Below the pieces are notes generated by a model that searched no databases, was not told the origin of the DNA, and saw only the letters and a program-made list of their open reading frames with translations. A stretch of DNA of 63,465 bases, the filler included, from Octopus bimaculoides (lineage: Eukaryota), in NCBI RefSeq assembly GCF_001194135.2. It is 6 parts of 5 records of this genome, joined end to end, with 100 filler letters (N's around TTAATTAATTAA, not from the genome) between each part and the next. Parts side by side here need not be neighbours in the genome. Positions count along the whole stretch, not along the records: positions 8,813 to 36,963 come from NC_068983.1; positions 37,064 to 50,688 come from NC_068983.1; 4 more parts are not named here. One strand, written 5' to 3'. A program made the translations under genes and the position numbers. This document shows positions 26,178 to 38,199 of this stretch, piece after piece (positions within the stretch are counted from its first letter, which is position 1; each line of letters begins with the position of its first letter).

Positions 26178-26338
26178 GACAGGCTTCTTTCAGTTTCCAT
26201 CTACCAAATCCACTCACAAGGCTTTGGTTGGTCCGAGGTTATAGAAGACACGTGCCCAAGGTACCATGCAGTGAGACTGATCCCAGAACCATGTGGTTGG
26301 GAAGCAAGCTTCTTTACACAAAGCCACGCTTATGCCTA
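26178..26338 (-). mobile_element. SINE family B 5' half
   Basis: gacaggcttctttcagtttcc...cacgcttatgccta. Confidence 0.85.
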
Positions 26339-26467
26339 TATATNNNNNNNNNNNNNNNNNNNNNNNNNNNNNNNNNNNNNNNNNNNNNNNNNNNNNNNNN
26401 NNNNNNNNNNNNNNNNNNNNNNNNNNNNNNNNNNNNNNNNATATATATACATACACACACACACAAA

Positions 26468-26622
26468 GGGCTTCTTTCAGTTTCTGCCTATCAAATCCAT
26501 TCACAAGGCTTTGGTCAGCCCAAAGTATAGTGGAAGATACTGGCCCAAAGTATCTAGCAGTGAGACTAAATCCAAAACCATGTTGCTGGGAAGCAAGCTT
26601 CTTACCACACAGCCATGCCTGC
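26468..26622 (-). mobile_element. SINE family B 5' half
   Basis: gggcttctttcagtttctg...acacagccatgcctgcac. Confidence 0.8.
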
Positions 26623-26952
26623 ACGATGTGCAACCCACTAAATTTATAAGCAAAACTATTCACAGTTCTAAGTACAACACAAATATCTGCTCAATATCAC
26701 TTGCAGCCCTTCCTCTTTTCTACAATCCTTAAAAACAATATTTTTGTATAGCTTCTTGAACTGAATAGTGTTTGTACTTTGTTTTAAGTTAAACATCCAA
26801 ATCATTCTACAGATTCACTCCATTTTTGCATATTACCTGGTAGTAAATAATGATCACTTTAAACAAATATGTTTGTGTTAATTCTATGAGATCCATGAAC
26901 TTCAGAGCATATGAGTTTAAAAGTAATGTGATGATGTGTTCTCAACATGTTA

Positions 26953-27825
26953 TGAGGTCTGTTCAAAAAGAATCCAACTTTATTTTTTCACAGCAAAACT
27001 AACACCACATGGATAGGAGGTGACACCACCCTTCATGCACATGTAAAAATTTTTGCATCAGTGAGCCACAACAGTTCCCAGCTGTTACACCTAGGGTATA
27101 GACATGTAGTGCGCATTCATCAGATTTTCGTTTTCACACAGGATAACCAAAGAAATAGAGCAGAGATATTGCATCAAGTTTTGCCAAAAAGTAGGTGATA
27201 CTCAAGCTCAAACCATTCAGAAGATTCAACAGGCACTTGGCAATGGTGCCATAGGCAAACCCCAGATTAAGGAGTGGTACAACAGCTTCAATCATGGTTG
27301 CACCTCAATGGAGAGCAAGGCATGCTCATGCGGACCACTCACAAGCCAAAACAAGGAGCCATTTAAGAAGGTTTGGCAAATAGTCATGGAAGACCATTGT
27401 GTAACACTCCAGGAAATTACTAATGAAGTGGGAATAAGCACATTCCATTTGTGTAGAGAGTGTCGGCCAAAAAATAAAGTCAGACACTTTTTGAATGCAC
27501 CTTGTAACTTAAGCTTTCCTGGTCAAGAGCAACATGCCACTTGTTTAACAGGGCATTCTAGTCTCCTGACTTGGCACTGTACAACTTCTGGTTTTCCCCA
27601 AACTGAAAACCATGCTGAAAGGAAATCGATTTGAGTTGTGAGAGGAAGAGCTCCACAACATTCCAGAGAAAGCATTTCAGAGGTGTTACCAGCATTGACA
27701 GACCCACTCAGAGAAGTGTGAACTCCCAAGGAGAGTATTTTAAAGGTGATTAAATAAAATTTGTGGAATGTGCAATTTTTTTTCTTCGTAGCCCCAGAGA
27801 TTAGATACTTTTTGAACGCACCTCA
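26953..27825 (+). mobile_element. Internally deleted mariner with both TIRs (873 bp), in the upstream intron of SLC22
   Basis: Left TIR tgaggtctgttcaaaaagaatcca versus reverse complement of right TIR tgaggtgcgttcaaaaagtatcta. Translation gives EQRYCIKFCQKVGDTQAQTIQKIQQALG...KEWYNSF, and C-terminal SPDLALYNFW...LKTMLKGNRFE. The catalytic middle is missing. Confidence 0.88.
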
Positions 27826-28343
27826 TGTTAACATTTTAATCTCATATTCGAAACTAGATGTTTTTTTTAAATTTTCATTTCATTTGCTTGTTGAATAATA
27901 TTACATTTACACCCCACAGATAGGATAGTAAAAGCATCATCACGAAGAACAACATTCAATGTCCACTGCATTAACCCTTCTACTTCATAGGATTCTTCTC
28001 TGAAGCCTTTATCTCAATTAATAGAGTGGCAGAATCCAGAACATAGCTTTTTTTTTTGTCCAAAATTGTAATGTTCCTTGCCATCTTTGCTCATTTTTTA
28101 TGTTTCCTGCAGATTTTTTGGTCTAATATCATATCACACCCCAAAATTTATTTTCATATAGTTTCTTTACTGACATTAATTATCACCACTTGTACTTTAG
28201 AATTTCCAAAACAACAATCTGTTTTAGATAGTCTACATTTGTTATTTATGTTTAAAATGAACAATTTCAGGTCTAATACTAACCCCTAAGGTATCCACAA
28301 TTAATAACCATGTACGTATATATGCATATACTCATTTATTGTT

Positions 28344-28377
<34 letters not shown>

Positions 28378-29159
28378 TTTGAAAAATTGAAATTTTACAA
28401 ACAATAGTTTTCAGAATCATAATCTCCATATTTTTGTACGTATTTTGCAAAAAAAGATTTCCAGAAAAAGTGAAAAATAAAGAAATGGGGGTGGGGATTG
28501 AAATTTTGAAGTTGTGATTCCGTAAAAAATTAAAGTGGAGAAGGGTTCCGTTTACATCTCTGCAATGTGAGCCCTTTTTTCATCTCTATACAGTTAGTAA
28601 TTTTTTCAGTTAATTTAATTAGCACCAAAGTTGATCTGTCAGTAATCTGCACTTCTCGATGAATTCATCAAGATTTTCAGTTAAGGGTTTGTCTTTTTAT
28701 TTTATTTTTATCTGTTTATTTATTTATTTTTGTACTGTTTCCCCCACTCTCCCTGCCAATATCTTAGAGAATCTGGATAGTAAGAAACAGACCTGTAATT
28801 TTTAAAATTAAGTTCATATTCAGTTTTATATAATGGTATAACTTCTGCAATTTTCATTTTACTTGGAGCTGTAGTAGTTTAAAAGGATAAATTACAAATG
28901 TAAATTAGAGGTTTGGAAATCCTTTCAATGACTTTCTTGACTATTGTTTATAGAATTTTTTTATCTTTCATTTGCTAACAATGTCTATGATTTCTTTTTC
29001 TTCAACTGTTTTATAAAAAAGTGAACTCAAATTTCTATCCCCATTATGATCATCAATCCCTTTAATGGTTATTTCTTGGCCATTAATTTTTTTTTTCCTG
29101 CTACTTTTGGTTCCATACATTGGATAAAACTCCTTCCCAAATCATATAGACTCACAGAG

Positions 29160-29345
29160 CCAGTTTCCCATATATGTTCACCTCTGGATGGGATGCTGGT
29201 CCATCGTAAGATTACTCATTTTTGCCAGCTGAATGGACTAGAGCAATATGAAATTAAGTGTTTTGCTCAAGAACACAATGCATTGCCTAGTCCAGGAATC
29301 AAAACTAATCTTAAAATCATGATTTCAATGCCCTGACCACTAAAC
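29160..29345 (-). mobile_element. Old tRNA-derived SINE
   Basis: Reverse complement reads ggtttagtggtcagggc...ttgattcctgg...tgtgttcttgagcaaaacactt. Confidence 0.65.
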
Positions 29346-30288
29346 CACACACACATACTTATAAAAAGTTAATAAAACCACCAATCGCATCAGCCATATT
29401 ATTAATGGTCTTATCATTATCAAAATTGCTTTGCACTATAGTATTCTGACATTGGAGATTTTTATAATGTTGTTTAACATAATCCATATATCTTTCATAA
29501 TATTTTTATTATTCTCTAATATATTCCTTCTTTGGTATCATCCCAATATGAAAATAAATTGATACTAATCTATATTTTCATATTTCTTTTCTATTCTTAT
29601 AATTCTATACTTTATGAGTTCTCTATGCCATGTGTTTCCCATTTGTAGGCATTTTCTAGTCCTTTACAACCTGTATCTCTATATTTTTACCTGTATCTCT
29701 ATATTTTTACTTTCTACTGTATTAGTTAATTAGACGGATTTTAACATACAATGATTTCAAAATTTTGTCAATATCTTCTTTGTGTACTATTATCTAACTT
29801 CATGTTGGTAATTTATTTTTGAATTCAATCATGAATTCCTCCTTTTATATTTGAAGTTACTGACATTTTTAGCCTTCCTGTAACTACAACTGTAAAAAAA
29901 CTGGCAGATGGCCAAGACATCATTTAGTACTGGCCCACACACTACATTGTTATCATACTGTTTGTGAATATATTAACTATCAGAATAATACATTACAAAT
30001 TAATTGTGGTAAGTCAAGTAACTTTTTTAAAGAATGTAAGCCAACATATACATATACTATATATACATATCATATATGTATATCATATATATATATATAT
30101 CATATATATATTCAAAACAATTTGAAAATCCTACACGACTAGGTGAAAAGTGCTTTATTTAATATGTGACATTAATAAAAATCTGTAAATGTACAAACAT
30201 CCAGATTTCTGAGTACCTTAATTTTTTTCTATATAATTTCTGTACATCACCTCCAAACCTTCCAATATATATATATATATATATATAT

Positions 30289-30452
30289 ACTACACTCTCT
30301 GAGTGGTTGGCGTTAGGAAGGGCATCCAGCTGTAGAAACTCTGCCAAATCAGACTGGAGCCTGGTGTTGCCATCCGGTTTCACCAGTCCTCAGTCAAATC
30401 GTCCAACCCATGCTAGCATGGAAAGCGGACGTTAAACGATGATGATGATGAT
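30289..30452 (+). mobile_element. RTE-tail-related non-autonomous repeat (family D)
   Basis: gagtggttggcgttaggaagggcatccagc...catgctagcatggaaagcggacgttaaacgatgatgatg; (GAT)n tail. Confidence 0.8.
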
Positions 30453-30471
30453 ATATATATATATATATATG

Positions 30472-30505
<34 letters not shown>

Positions 30506-31323
30506 CTATACATAGCATTGTTAAACTCTTCAGTTATTTGGGTTTCATAGGTCTATACTGAAATCCCCACCACAAATGTGCATGACCTTTTGAAGTATTT
30601 TTACAGTCAGTCCTCAAATATTTCAATATTGGCTCTAGGTACTTTATATAAATATAGCTAAAAATTATTTTTCTTTCTTCTTTCACACATTTCTATTGTT
30701 ATACATTCAAGCACATTAGTATTTGTTTCTTACCACCTTATAATTGTACTAAACTACCACCGCTTCCATTTTTGTTCTTCCTTGTCATGTAAATCAGTTC
30801 AACTCGATACCCACTCATCTCTGAGGGTTGATGCAAATTTCTGATATAGGAGCTATTTTATTGAATAATTTCTTGACCTGACTTCATAAAGACTTCTGTC
30901 GTTGAAGTAGATAACTGATGTTTTATTATCTGCCTCAAACTTACATGATAAAAAAATAATACTAGCAATTGTAGATGATATCAAAGCCTTGTGAGTGGGT
31001 TTGATAGACAGGAATTGAAAGAAGCTCATCATGTGTGTGTGTGTGTGTGTGTGTGTTACTGTCTCCGTGTTTCAACATAGTGTGATAGTTGTAAATGAGT
31101 ATCACCCACTGTCATGTTACCGGTGTTCTTCATTTCTAATCTTCTGTGAAAACATGCCTAATCATGGGGAAGTATTACCTTACTTGAAAATAGGTGAGGG
31201 TTCGTAACAGGAAAGGCATCTGGCAGTAGAAAATCTGCTTCATCAAAATTCTTCCAGCCCATGCAAGCACAGAAAAGTGGACATGATGATGTTGATATTC
31301 AAAATTGCAGAAATGCTTCTTTT

Positions 31324-31610
31324 CATCATCATTGTTTAACGTCCGCTTTCCATGCTAGCATGGGTTGCACGATTTGACTGAGGACTGGTGAAACCGGATG
31401 GCAACACCAGACTCCAATCTGATTTGGCAGAGTTTCTACAGCTGGATGCCCTTCCTAACGCCAACCACTCCGAGAGTGTAGTGGGTGCTTTTACGTGCCA
31501 CTGGCATGAAGGCCAGTCAGGAGGTACTGGCAACGGCCACGCTCAAAATGGTGTCTTTTACATGCCACCTGCACAGGAGCCAGTACGGTGGCACTAGCAA
31601 CGAACTCGCT
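31324..31610 (-). mobile_element. RTE-tail-related non-autonomous repeat (family D)
   Basis: Longer reverse-complement copy of 30289-30452. Confidence 0.8.
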
Positions 31611-31947
31611 CCAATTTTCATAATGTACAATATTTATTACTTACTGTTCATCACTATCAACAGAGATGAATGACTTCTCACAGGACAAACTATTATTGCC
31701 TGTAATGTCTTTATTCCCTCTGAGATTACCCCTTGCTATGCTGTGTGCGTGTGCTATAAAACAGCAATGGCACACAGTACATGTTTAAATGTCATTTTGA
31801 CAATATTACATCAAAGGATAAATATTTGCATGGCAAAAATTGAAAAGACCACCTACTTCTATCACTCAGTTAAGGCTTCTTAGTTCACCATTCTACACTT
31901 AACTTAATTTGAACACTTTATTCTCTCTACATATATTTACTTATTTA

Positions 31948-32360
31948 TACTCCTTTACTTGTTTCAGTCATTTGACGGCGGCCACGCTGGAGCACCGCCT
32001 TTAGTCGAGCAAATTGACCCCAGAACTTATTCTTTGTAAGCCTAGTACTTATTCTATCGGTCTCTTTTGCCGAACCACTAAGTTACGGGGATGTAAACAC
32101 ACCAGCATCAGTTGTCAAACGATGTTGGGGGGACAAACACAGACACACTAACATACACGCACATGTATATATATCTATATATATATACATATATACGACG
32201 GGCTTCTTTCAGTTTCCGTCTACCAAATCCACTCACAAGGCTTTGATCGGCCCGAGGCTATAGTAGAAGACACTTGCCCAAGGTGCCACGCAGTGGGACT
32301 GAACCCGGAACCATGTGGTTGGTGAGCAAGCTACTTACCACACAGCCACTCCTACGCCTA
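31948..32360 (-). mobile_element. SINE family B, full length
   Basis: ctttacttgtttcagtc...cacagccactcctacgccta. Confidence 0.92.
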
Positions 32361-33503
32361 TTTATATATAGTTATTATCCTTTTCATTTAATATCATCTC
32401 TAAAAAGAAGAAAGCAACATGAAAGGGAAAAACTAAAAAGGAAAGATTTTTACTGTTAGTACATCAAAGAAAGTGAGTCAATTATGAGAATTTTAAGTGG
32501 GTTAATAAAGATCAAAAGAGACTTTCCTAAATTAATAGGTGACAAAAGTAAGGGAAGATATAATTGAACTGAAGGCATATACACACATACATAAGCATAT
32601 TAAAGTTGAGGCACTAACACAAGCAGGCATACAAATGCATCTATACATGTATACAAAATAGATTTGAAAACAGAGTAGTGAAAGATAAGTGTATAAGGTA
32701 GCAGGCAGTTGTGGTGTGTATTCATACACTGCAGAGAAGAGGTACCAGATTAAAGATAACATTTTTCCTTGCTTGTAGGTTTTATCTCAGTCACAATTCT
32801 GGAAATAGTGGTAAGAGAAATATCCCAGCAAGTTAAATTGGCAGGCTATGGGTTTGACCACTCTCTTAACATTGTCACAGACATCAAGATGCTCACAGTA
32901 ACAGTCATCTAATCAGTGACCTTTCTCACTTGTGTGCAATACATTGCAGAGCTTGCATGCTATGCAGCGTATAAGATTGGATAAGGGAGTATAGTTTCAG
33001 TAGTTAATCATGTTAATTGATACTTAATGAAGTTATTATTTGGAAGATGAAAGGAGAAGTATGGCATCAGGTAGGTTTATGACTGGATGTATCTAGAATA
33101 AAAGAACTCCTTACTAGATGGTCACTTAGATTTTCAGCCTTTTTGAAAGGGGGAGAGGTTATGTGGTCCAACTTGAGAGTATATATTGAAGTTAGTGCAC
33201 ACTAAAGCAGATGATTCACAGAGTAGATGACTGTGAAAAGAACTAAACTTAAAAACACACAGGTGTGTGGTGTGAATGTGATAGTATAACCAACAGATTG
33301 AGTTTGTGGGGGTAAGTATGAGAAAAATAAGTGATGTATTTGTTTGACTTGACACTAAAGTCAAGAATTTGAGCTGCATAGCTGGATAAATTGTGGAAAA
33401 GGGTGGACAGATTGTGTGTGCGTGTGTGTGTAGGAAGGTCAAGGGGGGGAGTTTGGAGTTTTAAACCAAACAGGATAGTGTTGATTTAAGCAATCACATA
33501 AAG

Positions 33504-33867
33504 TAGTGCTTCTCAAAGTGGGTGTTACCGCCCAACCCTTTGAGTAGGGGGTGGATTTGTATATGGGTACAGGAGAGAAGGGGGGATAGACCACTAGTGG
33601 GATCTTTTAATTACTCTAATTTTCAAACATTTTTCAATTTTTACCATGTGTACATATCATCTGATAATATCAGTGATCAAAATGTTGTTTTGGCATTCCA
33701 TATATTTATCATATTAATGAAATGATTTATATGCAAATAGACCTTTAAAGGCGATCAACCTTTAAGGAATAATTTTTTGTGGTGTATTTAATTATGTTGC
33801 AAAGGGGCGTTGAAAGTGTTGAAAAAAAATGAGGGCGATAGATAAAAAAAAAGTTTCAGAAGTGCTG
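33504..33867. mobile_element. hAT/Charlie-type MITE
   Basis: Degenerate TIRs tagtgcttctcaaagt ... agtttcagaagtgctg resemble CAGTGCTTCTCAAA. No intact 8-bp TSD. Confidence 0.5.
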
Positions 33868-33894
33868 ATGTAGTGTCCCTCATTGGTTTCTTAT

Positions 33895-34090
33895 TACTTA
33901 ACACCGGGTTGAGCAGACGACCTGTGATCGTAGTCATTCTAAACTGTGACCTTTATGTCTTTTAAGTCATAGTTCATCTCAGTCTACTTTATCCAATATT
34001 TTTCCGTTTTTCGTAAAAACAACAGAGTATGATTTGCTGAGAGATTTGGTTGCTGTTACTAGCAAGTTGAGCGTTCACATAGCTCCTAAT
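33895..34090 (+). repeat. Old dispersed repeat; related pieces at ~14570-14712, ~16150-16220 and, inverted, ~9150-9290
   Basis: Shared block gatttggttgctgttactagcaagttgagc / gtttggttgctatttctagtaggtcagg / gatttgattgttacttctagcaggttgag. Confidence 0.5.
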
Positions 34091-34486
34091 TCTTATATGA
34101 CATGAGGTCATCGACTCACTAGCAGATCTAGCACTAAATTACAAAAATTAGCGTCTTTTTTTTCTATTCAACTGCAGTAAGGCCATATATATCGCTAAGA
34201 AGTACTTTCACAACAGTAGAAGTTTAGCAAAATAAACAGAAAAGATGAAAACATTAACTATATTGTAAGAAAAAGCGAGAGAAAAATGAGACAGCGAACA
34301 TTGACTTTACTGCAATAAACGTACGCGAGTGCGTGAAAGTAAAAGAGAGGGAGTGTGTGTGTGGATTGTTTGAAGGGGTGTAGATTTTATATATATTAAA
34401 AAAAAGATAGTTAGGATTTGGATAAAACCTATTTATCTAGTGTTAGTTTTTGTTCAATTCCTGACGACCTTTTTCTCAATCATATA

Positions 34487-34562
<76 letters not shown>

Positions 34563-35708
34563 AGCACTCGCGTAAAATTATTCCAGTATATATAGGTAAC
34601 ACAGTAAGCAATTTAAAATAGTCGACGCTAACAAACACGTGAATCCAGGGAAAAACTTTGTATATAATAGTGCGTTATATACACATGCCGTAGTCTCAAA
34701 ACGGGTAGTACACATCGGAGAATGTAGCCCTTAATACTCAGAAAAAGACACGCTGATCAAGGATGAAACACCTTTGATCAAAGAAGTATTTAATTAGCGT
34801 TACACTAAGGTTAAACAACTATAGTGTACACACACACAATTATTAGACAGGAGCAAAATCTTGATCTGGTACATAAACCCAAGATTCTAAACATTGATGA
34901 ATGGTGAAATTACCTCAAACAGACGTGGACGCATTACACGTGACGGAACTGAAATGTTTCAAAAAGCTGATTGCAGTTAGAGCTGGTGATTAGTTAGACT
35001 ACATGCAAAAGGTAGCCTTGGCTGTGTGCGTGCGCAGAAACTGCGGCATGCATATATCGTATAATCATTAATCAAAACGGCCTGAATTAATATAGCAACC
35101 AACAGACTACTATTGACAGTTCGTATCTAGGTACTTTATCTTTCTAGAATGCGTTGTTTTGTTTTTTGTTTGTTTGTTTTTTTACAAAGGGTCTTCAGAT
35201 TTCTTTGTCAAGTTTTGTCGGTAAACAGGTCGCGGTTTCAAGGCGACGAAAATATTTTGACACAAATGAAAATTAAATGTTGAAGTAAAAACTAACGGTT
35301 TTTGCGTGTTCTTGAATGGCTTGCAAATATCTTACACGCTGCAATTGTTTTTGTTTCAGCACACGATCTCAGATCAAGTTACTTGCTATGCAAGTACATC
35401 TCCGTAATTGTTTTTATCTTTTAATCAGAATCTGATAAAGATTACAGGATTTAAAGGCTGCAGTAACTATCTTTAATCATATATTTCGTTTGCATTTGAA
35501 GAATATAGATATATTTAGTCTACATTTTTTAACATTAGTTGTTTCACTTTCTGAAAATTTTAAATGCTGCTAGTTTCAGATTCTGAATCTGAAGTTCAAA
35601 ACAAAAAAAAAAAAGAAAGAAAGAAATCAAGGCTGTAAAAAAATGCGTAAAAAGATTAGCGTGGCCATATATAATCAGGTAGGTTTGATAAATCAGAGCC
35701 TCAATTAC

Positions 35709-36143
35709 AGGTTCCCTGTGCGTGACAGCACGTGTTGTCAACTATAAACACATGAAATATTATCACTAATACGGATTTCTCGACGTCGATCTCATTTTTT
35801 TCTTGGAAATTTACGGATTTTACATACACAAAGGAAGCAGGTAGGAAGGAACCCTGGCCGCCGACACACATGCACAAAAATGCATACATAACTCGCACAT
35901 TATAAATATGCAAGGTTTTTCTCAAGTTTAAAATGTGATATTGTTTTATCACAAAATATTCATTTTTCTGAAAGTTATGACCTCCCAAAGTCTGGGGGGT
36001 AAAACCCTGTAGTTATGCCGTTTTATCTACATTCTACACACATACATACAAAAAAAGGTATGTATATGTGTTGAAAAGGCCATATTAGTGATAATATTTC
36101 ATGTTTATAGTTGACAACACGCGCTGTTATGCACAAGGAAACT
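35709..36143. mobile_element. MITE with ~60-bp terminal inverted repeats
   Basis: ccctgtgcgtgacagcacgtgttgtcaactataaacacatgaaatattatcactaata (~35714-35771) is the inverted match of tattagtgataatatttcatgtttatagttgacaacacgcgctgttatgcacaagg (~36083-36138). Confidence 0.75.
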
Positions 36144-36963
36144 AACGAACGAATCTTGACAAGTTTCAGATTGATTGGCCAAACATACTGTATGGAAGAT
36201 TACATTATCCAGTGTCGTTCTTCAAAACAATAAGTTTTGATTTGATGTAGACTTGGGTATTATTCTTAAAGGACTCGAGTAACAACATAAAGGTACCCTC
36301 ATTGACTCGATTGTTGTTTATCACATACCAGCTCTGATCAAGTAGACCCATATTCAAAGGTATTTCAACCGTGACTTCCTTTCTTCAATTAAATAATTCG
36401 CAAGTGTAATAAATTAGTTAACCGTGAGAAAAAAAAAACTTTTTTCGAGCACTACCCTTCGTCGGCGCGATTGAGAGAAAGAGAGAGAGAGAGTATTGAA
36501 GACAAGAAGGAAGAGAGGAATGACAAAATAACACACCAGAGGGGAGATAATCAACAATTTCTCGCAGTTTGGAAAACTATGAAGAACAGCAGTAGACAAC
36601 ATGGAAATGGTTATTGAAAAGGACGTCTCAAATTTAGAAGCAGAAAGCCAATTTTGAGGAGCGAGCGAGATCACGAGAACACTAGAATCTACTATAACAA
36701 TACACTTGTGTTTTTTTCTCCGTCACAACATATGAATGAGAAAGGAAGGGGTGATGGCAAACTACTAGTGGGAGCATTTCAACTGTGTGTGAATGTTCGT
36801 ATGTGTGAACCAGCGCTATTTCAGTAACACACGATGATTAATGTCACATCTCAAAAGACAACCACTAGATAACATTGACAAGTGTATTAATTTGATTTAC
36901 CATTCATATTTATATATAAAATATTACAATTAGCCGTCATTTTTTACGGCACCTGGTCAGCTA

Positions 36964-37063
36964 NNNNNNNNNNNNNNNNNNNNNNNNNNNNNNNNNNNNN
37001 NNNNNNNTTAATTAATTAANNNNNNNNNNNNNNNNNNNNNNNNNNNNNNNNNNNNNNNNNNNN
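36964..37063. other. Artificial assembly join (N44-TTAATTAATTAA-N44)
   Basis: Same 100-nt spacer. Confidence 0.95.
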
Positions 37064-37145
37064 TCTTCTTCTTCTTCTTCTTCTTCTTCTTCTTCTTCTT
37101 CTTCTTCTTCTTCTTCTTCTTCTTCTTCTTCTTCTTCTTCTTCTT

Positions 37146-37241
<96 letters not shown>
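37064..37241. repeat. Compound (CTT)n-(TTA)n microsatellite
   Basis: Direct reading. Confidence 0.95.
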
Positions 37242-37242
<1 letters not shown>

Positions 37243-37243
<1 letters not shown>

Positions 37244-37430
37244 GGCGGTGATATGGCAGAATCGTTAGCACACCGGACAAAATGCTTAGCGATATTTTGT
37301 TCGTCTTTACGTCCTGTGTTAAAATTCCGCCGAGGTCGACTTTGCGCTTCACCCACTCGGGGTCAATAATTTAAGTACCAGTGGCGTACTGGTCCAATCT
37401 GATTTCAGGCCTTGTGCCTATAGAAAACAA
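37243..37430 (+). mobile_element. SINE family A within a (TTA)n tract
   Basis: aggcggtgatatggcagaatcgttagc...gtcgactttgcg...taagtaccag. Confidence 0.8.
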
Positions 37431-37444
37431 TTATTATTATTATT

Positions 37445-38195
37445 TTCATTATCATCTTCTTTCAATTCCGTTTCCATTTCTTTCCGAGTGTCTTCCTGAC
37501 ACCTAGGGAAGAGAAACGCACCGTACACATTCGTAGTCCATTAAAATAAACACACCAGATTGTTCATTTACAAAGTCATGTGATATAGAAAATTAGGAAG
37601 AAAGACAGAGAGAGAAAGGGAAAATTAAAAATATTAAAATGTTCTTTTCAGGACGTGTGCCGTATCAGTTAAGACAATCTTTTGCGTCGGAGATCATTCT
37701 TAAATAATTTTCAGCTCATTTTTTGATCACTCCAAGTGCTCCTACAATAATTGGTACTGTAACCGTCTTGAGATACCACATCTTTTCGTTTTCGATTAGC
37801 AAATCTTTATATTTTCTGAGCTTATCAAAGTTTTTTGCTGAGATATTATGGTCATATTATGGTATGCTCATGTCAACTAATAAACAGGCTTGGCTGTTTT
37901 GTCTTTTCACAACAATATCTGGTTTATTAGCCTTGATGGTCCAGTCTGTATATAGTGGGAAGTCCCAAAGAATAGTTACATTTTCTCCCTCAGTTACAGC
38001 CTCAGGGTGGTACCTGTATCATTTGTCTGCACTTTTGATTTTATAATGCGGACACATTATCCAATATAGATATTGCTCAACTCTGTCATGTCTTGATTTG
38101 TACACTATCAAAACCTTACATTCAGAGATTAGGTGGTTCACTGTTTCTATCCCATCGTTGCATTATCGGTTCTTTGGGTCTATATTTGAGTGTCT
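37445..38195 (-). mobile_element. Dong/R4-clade retrotransposon 3' part (zinc knuckle, RLE endonuclease, 3' tail)
   Basis: NIDPKNR*CNDGIETVNHLISECKVLIVYKSRHDRV...HPEAVTEGENVTILWDFPLYTDWTIKANKPDIVV...DMSIP...KLRKYKDL...VPIIVGALGVIK; ends in (AAT)n on the minus strand. Confidence 0.85.
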
Positions 38196-38199
38196 ACAC

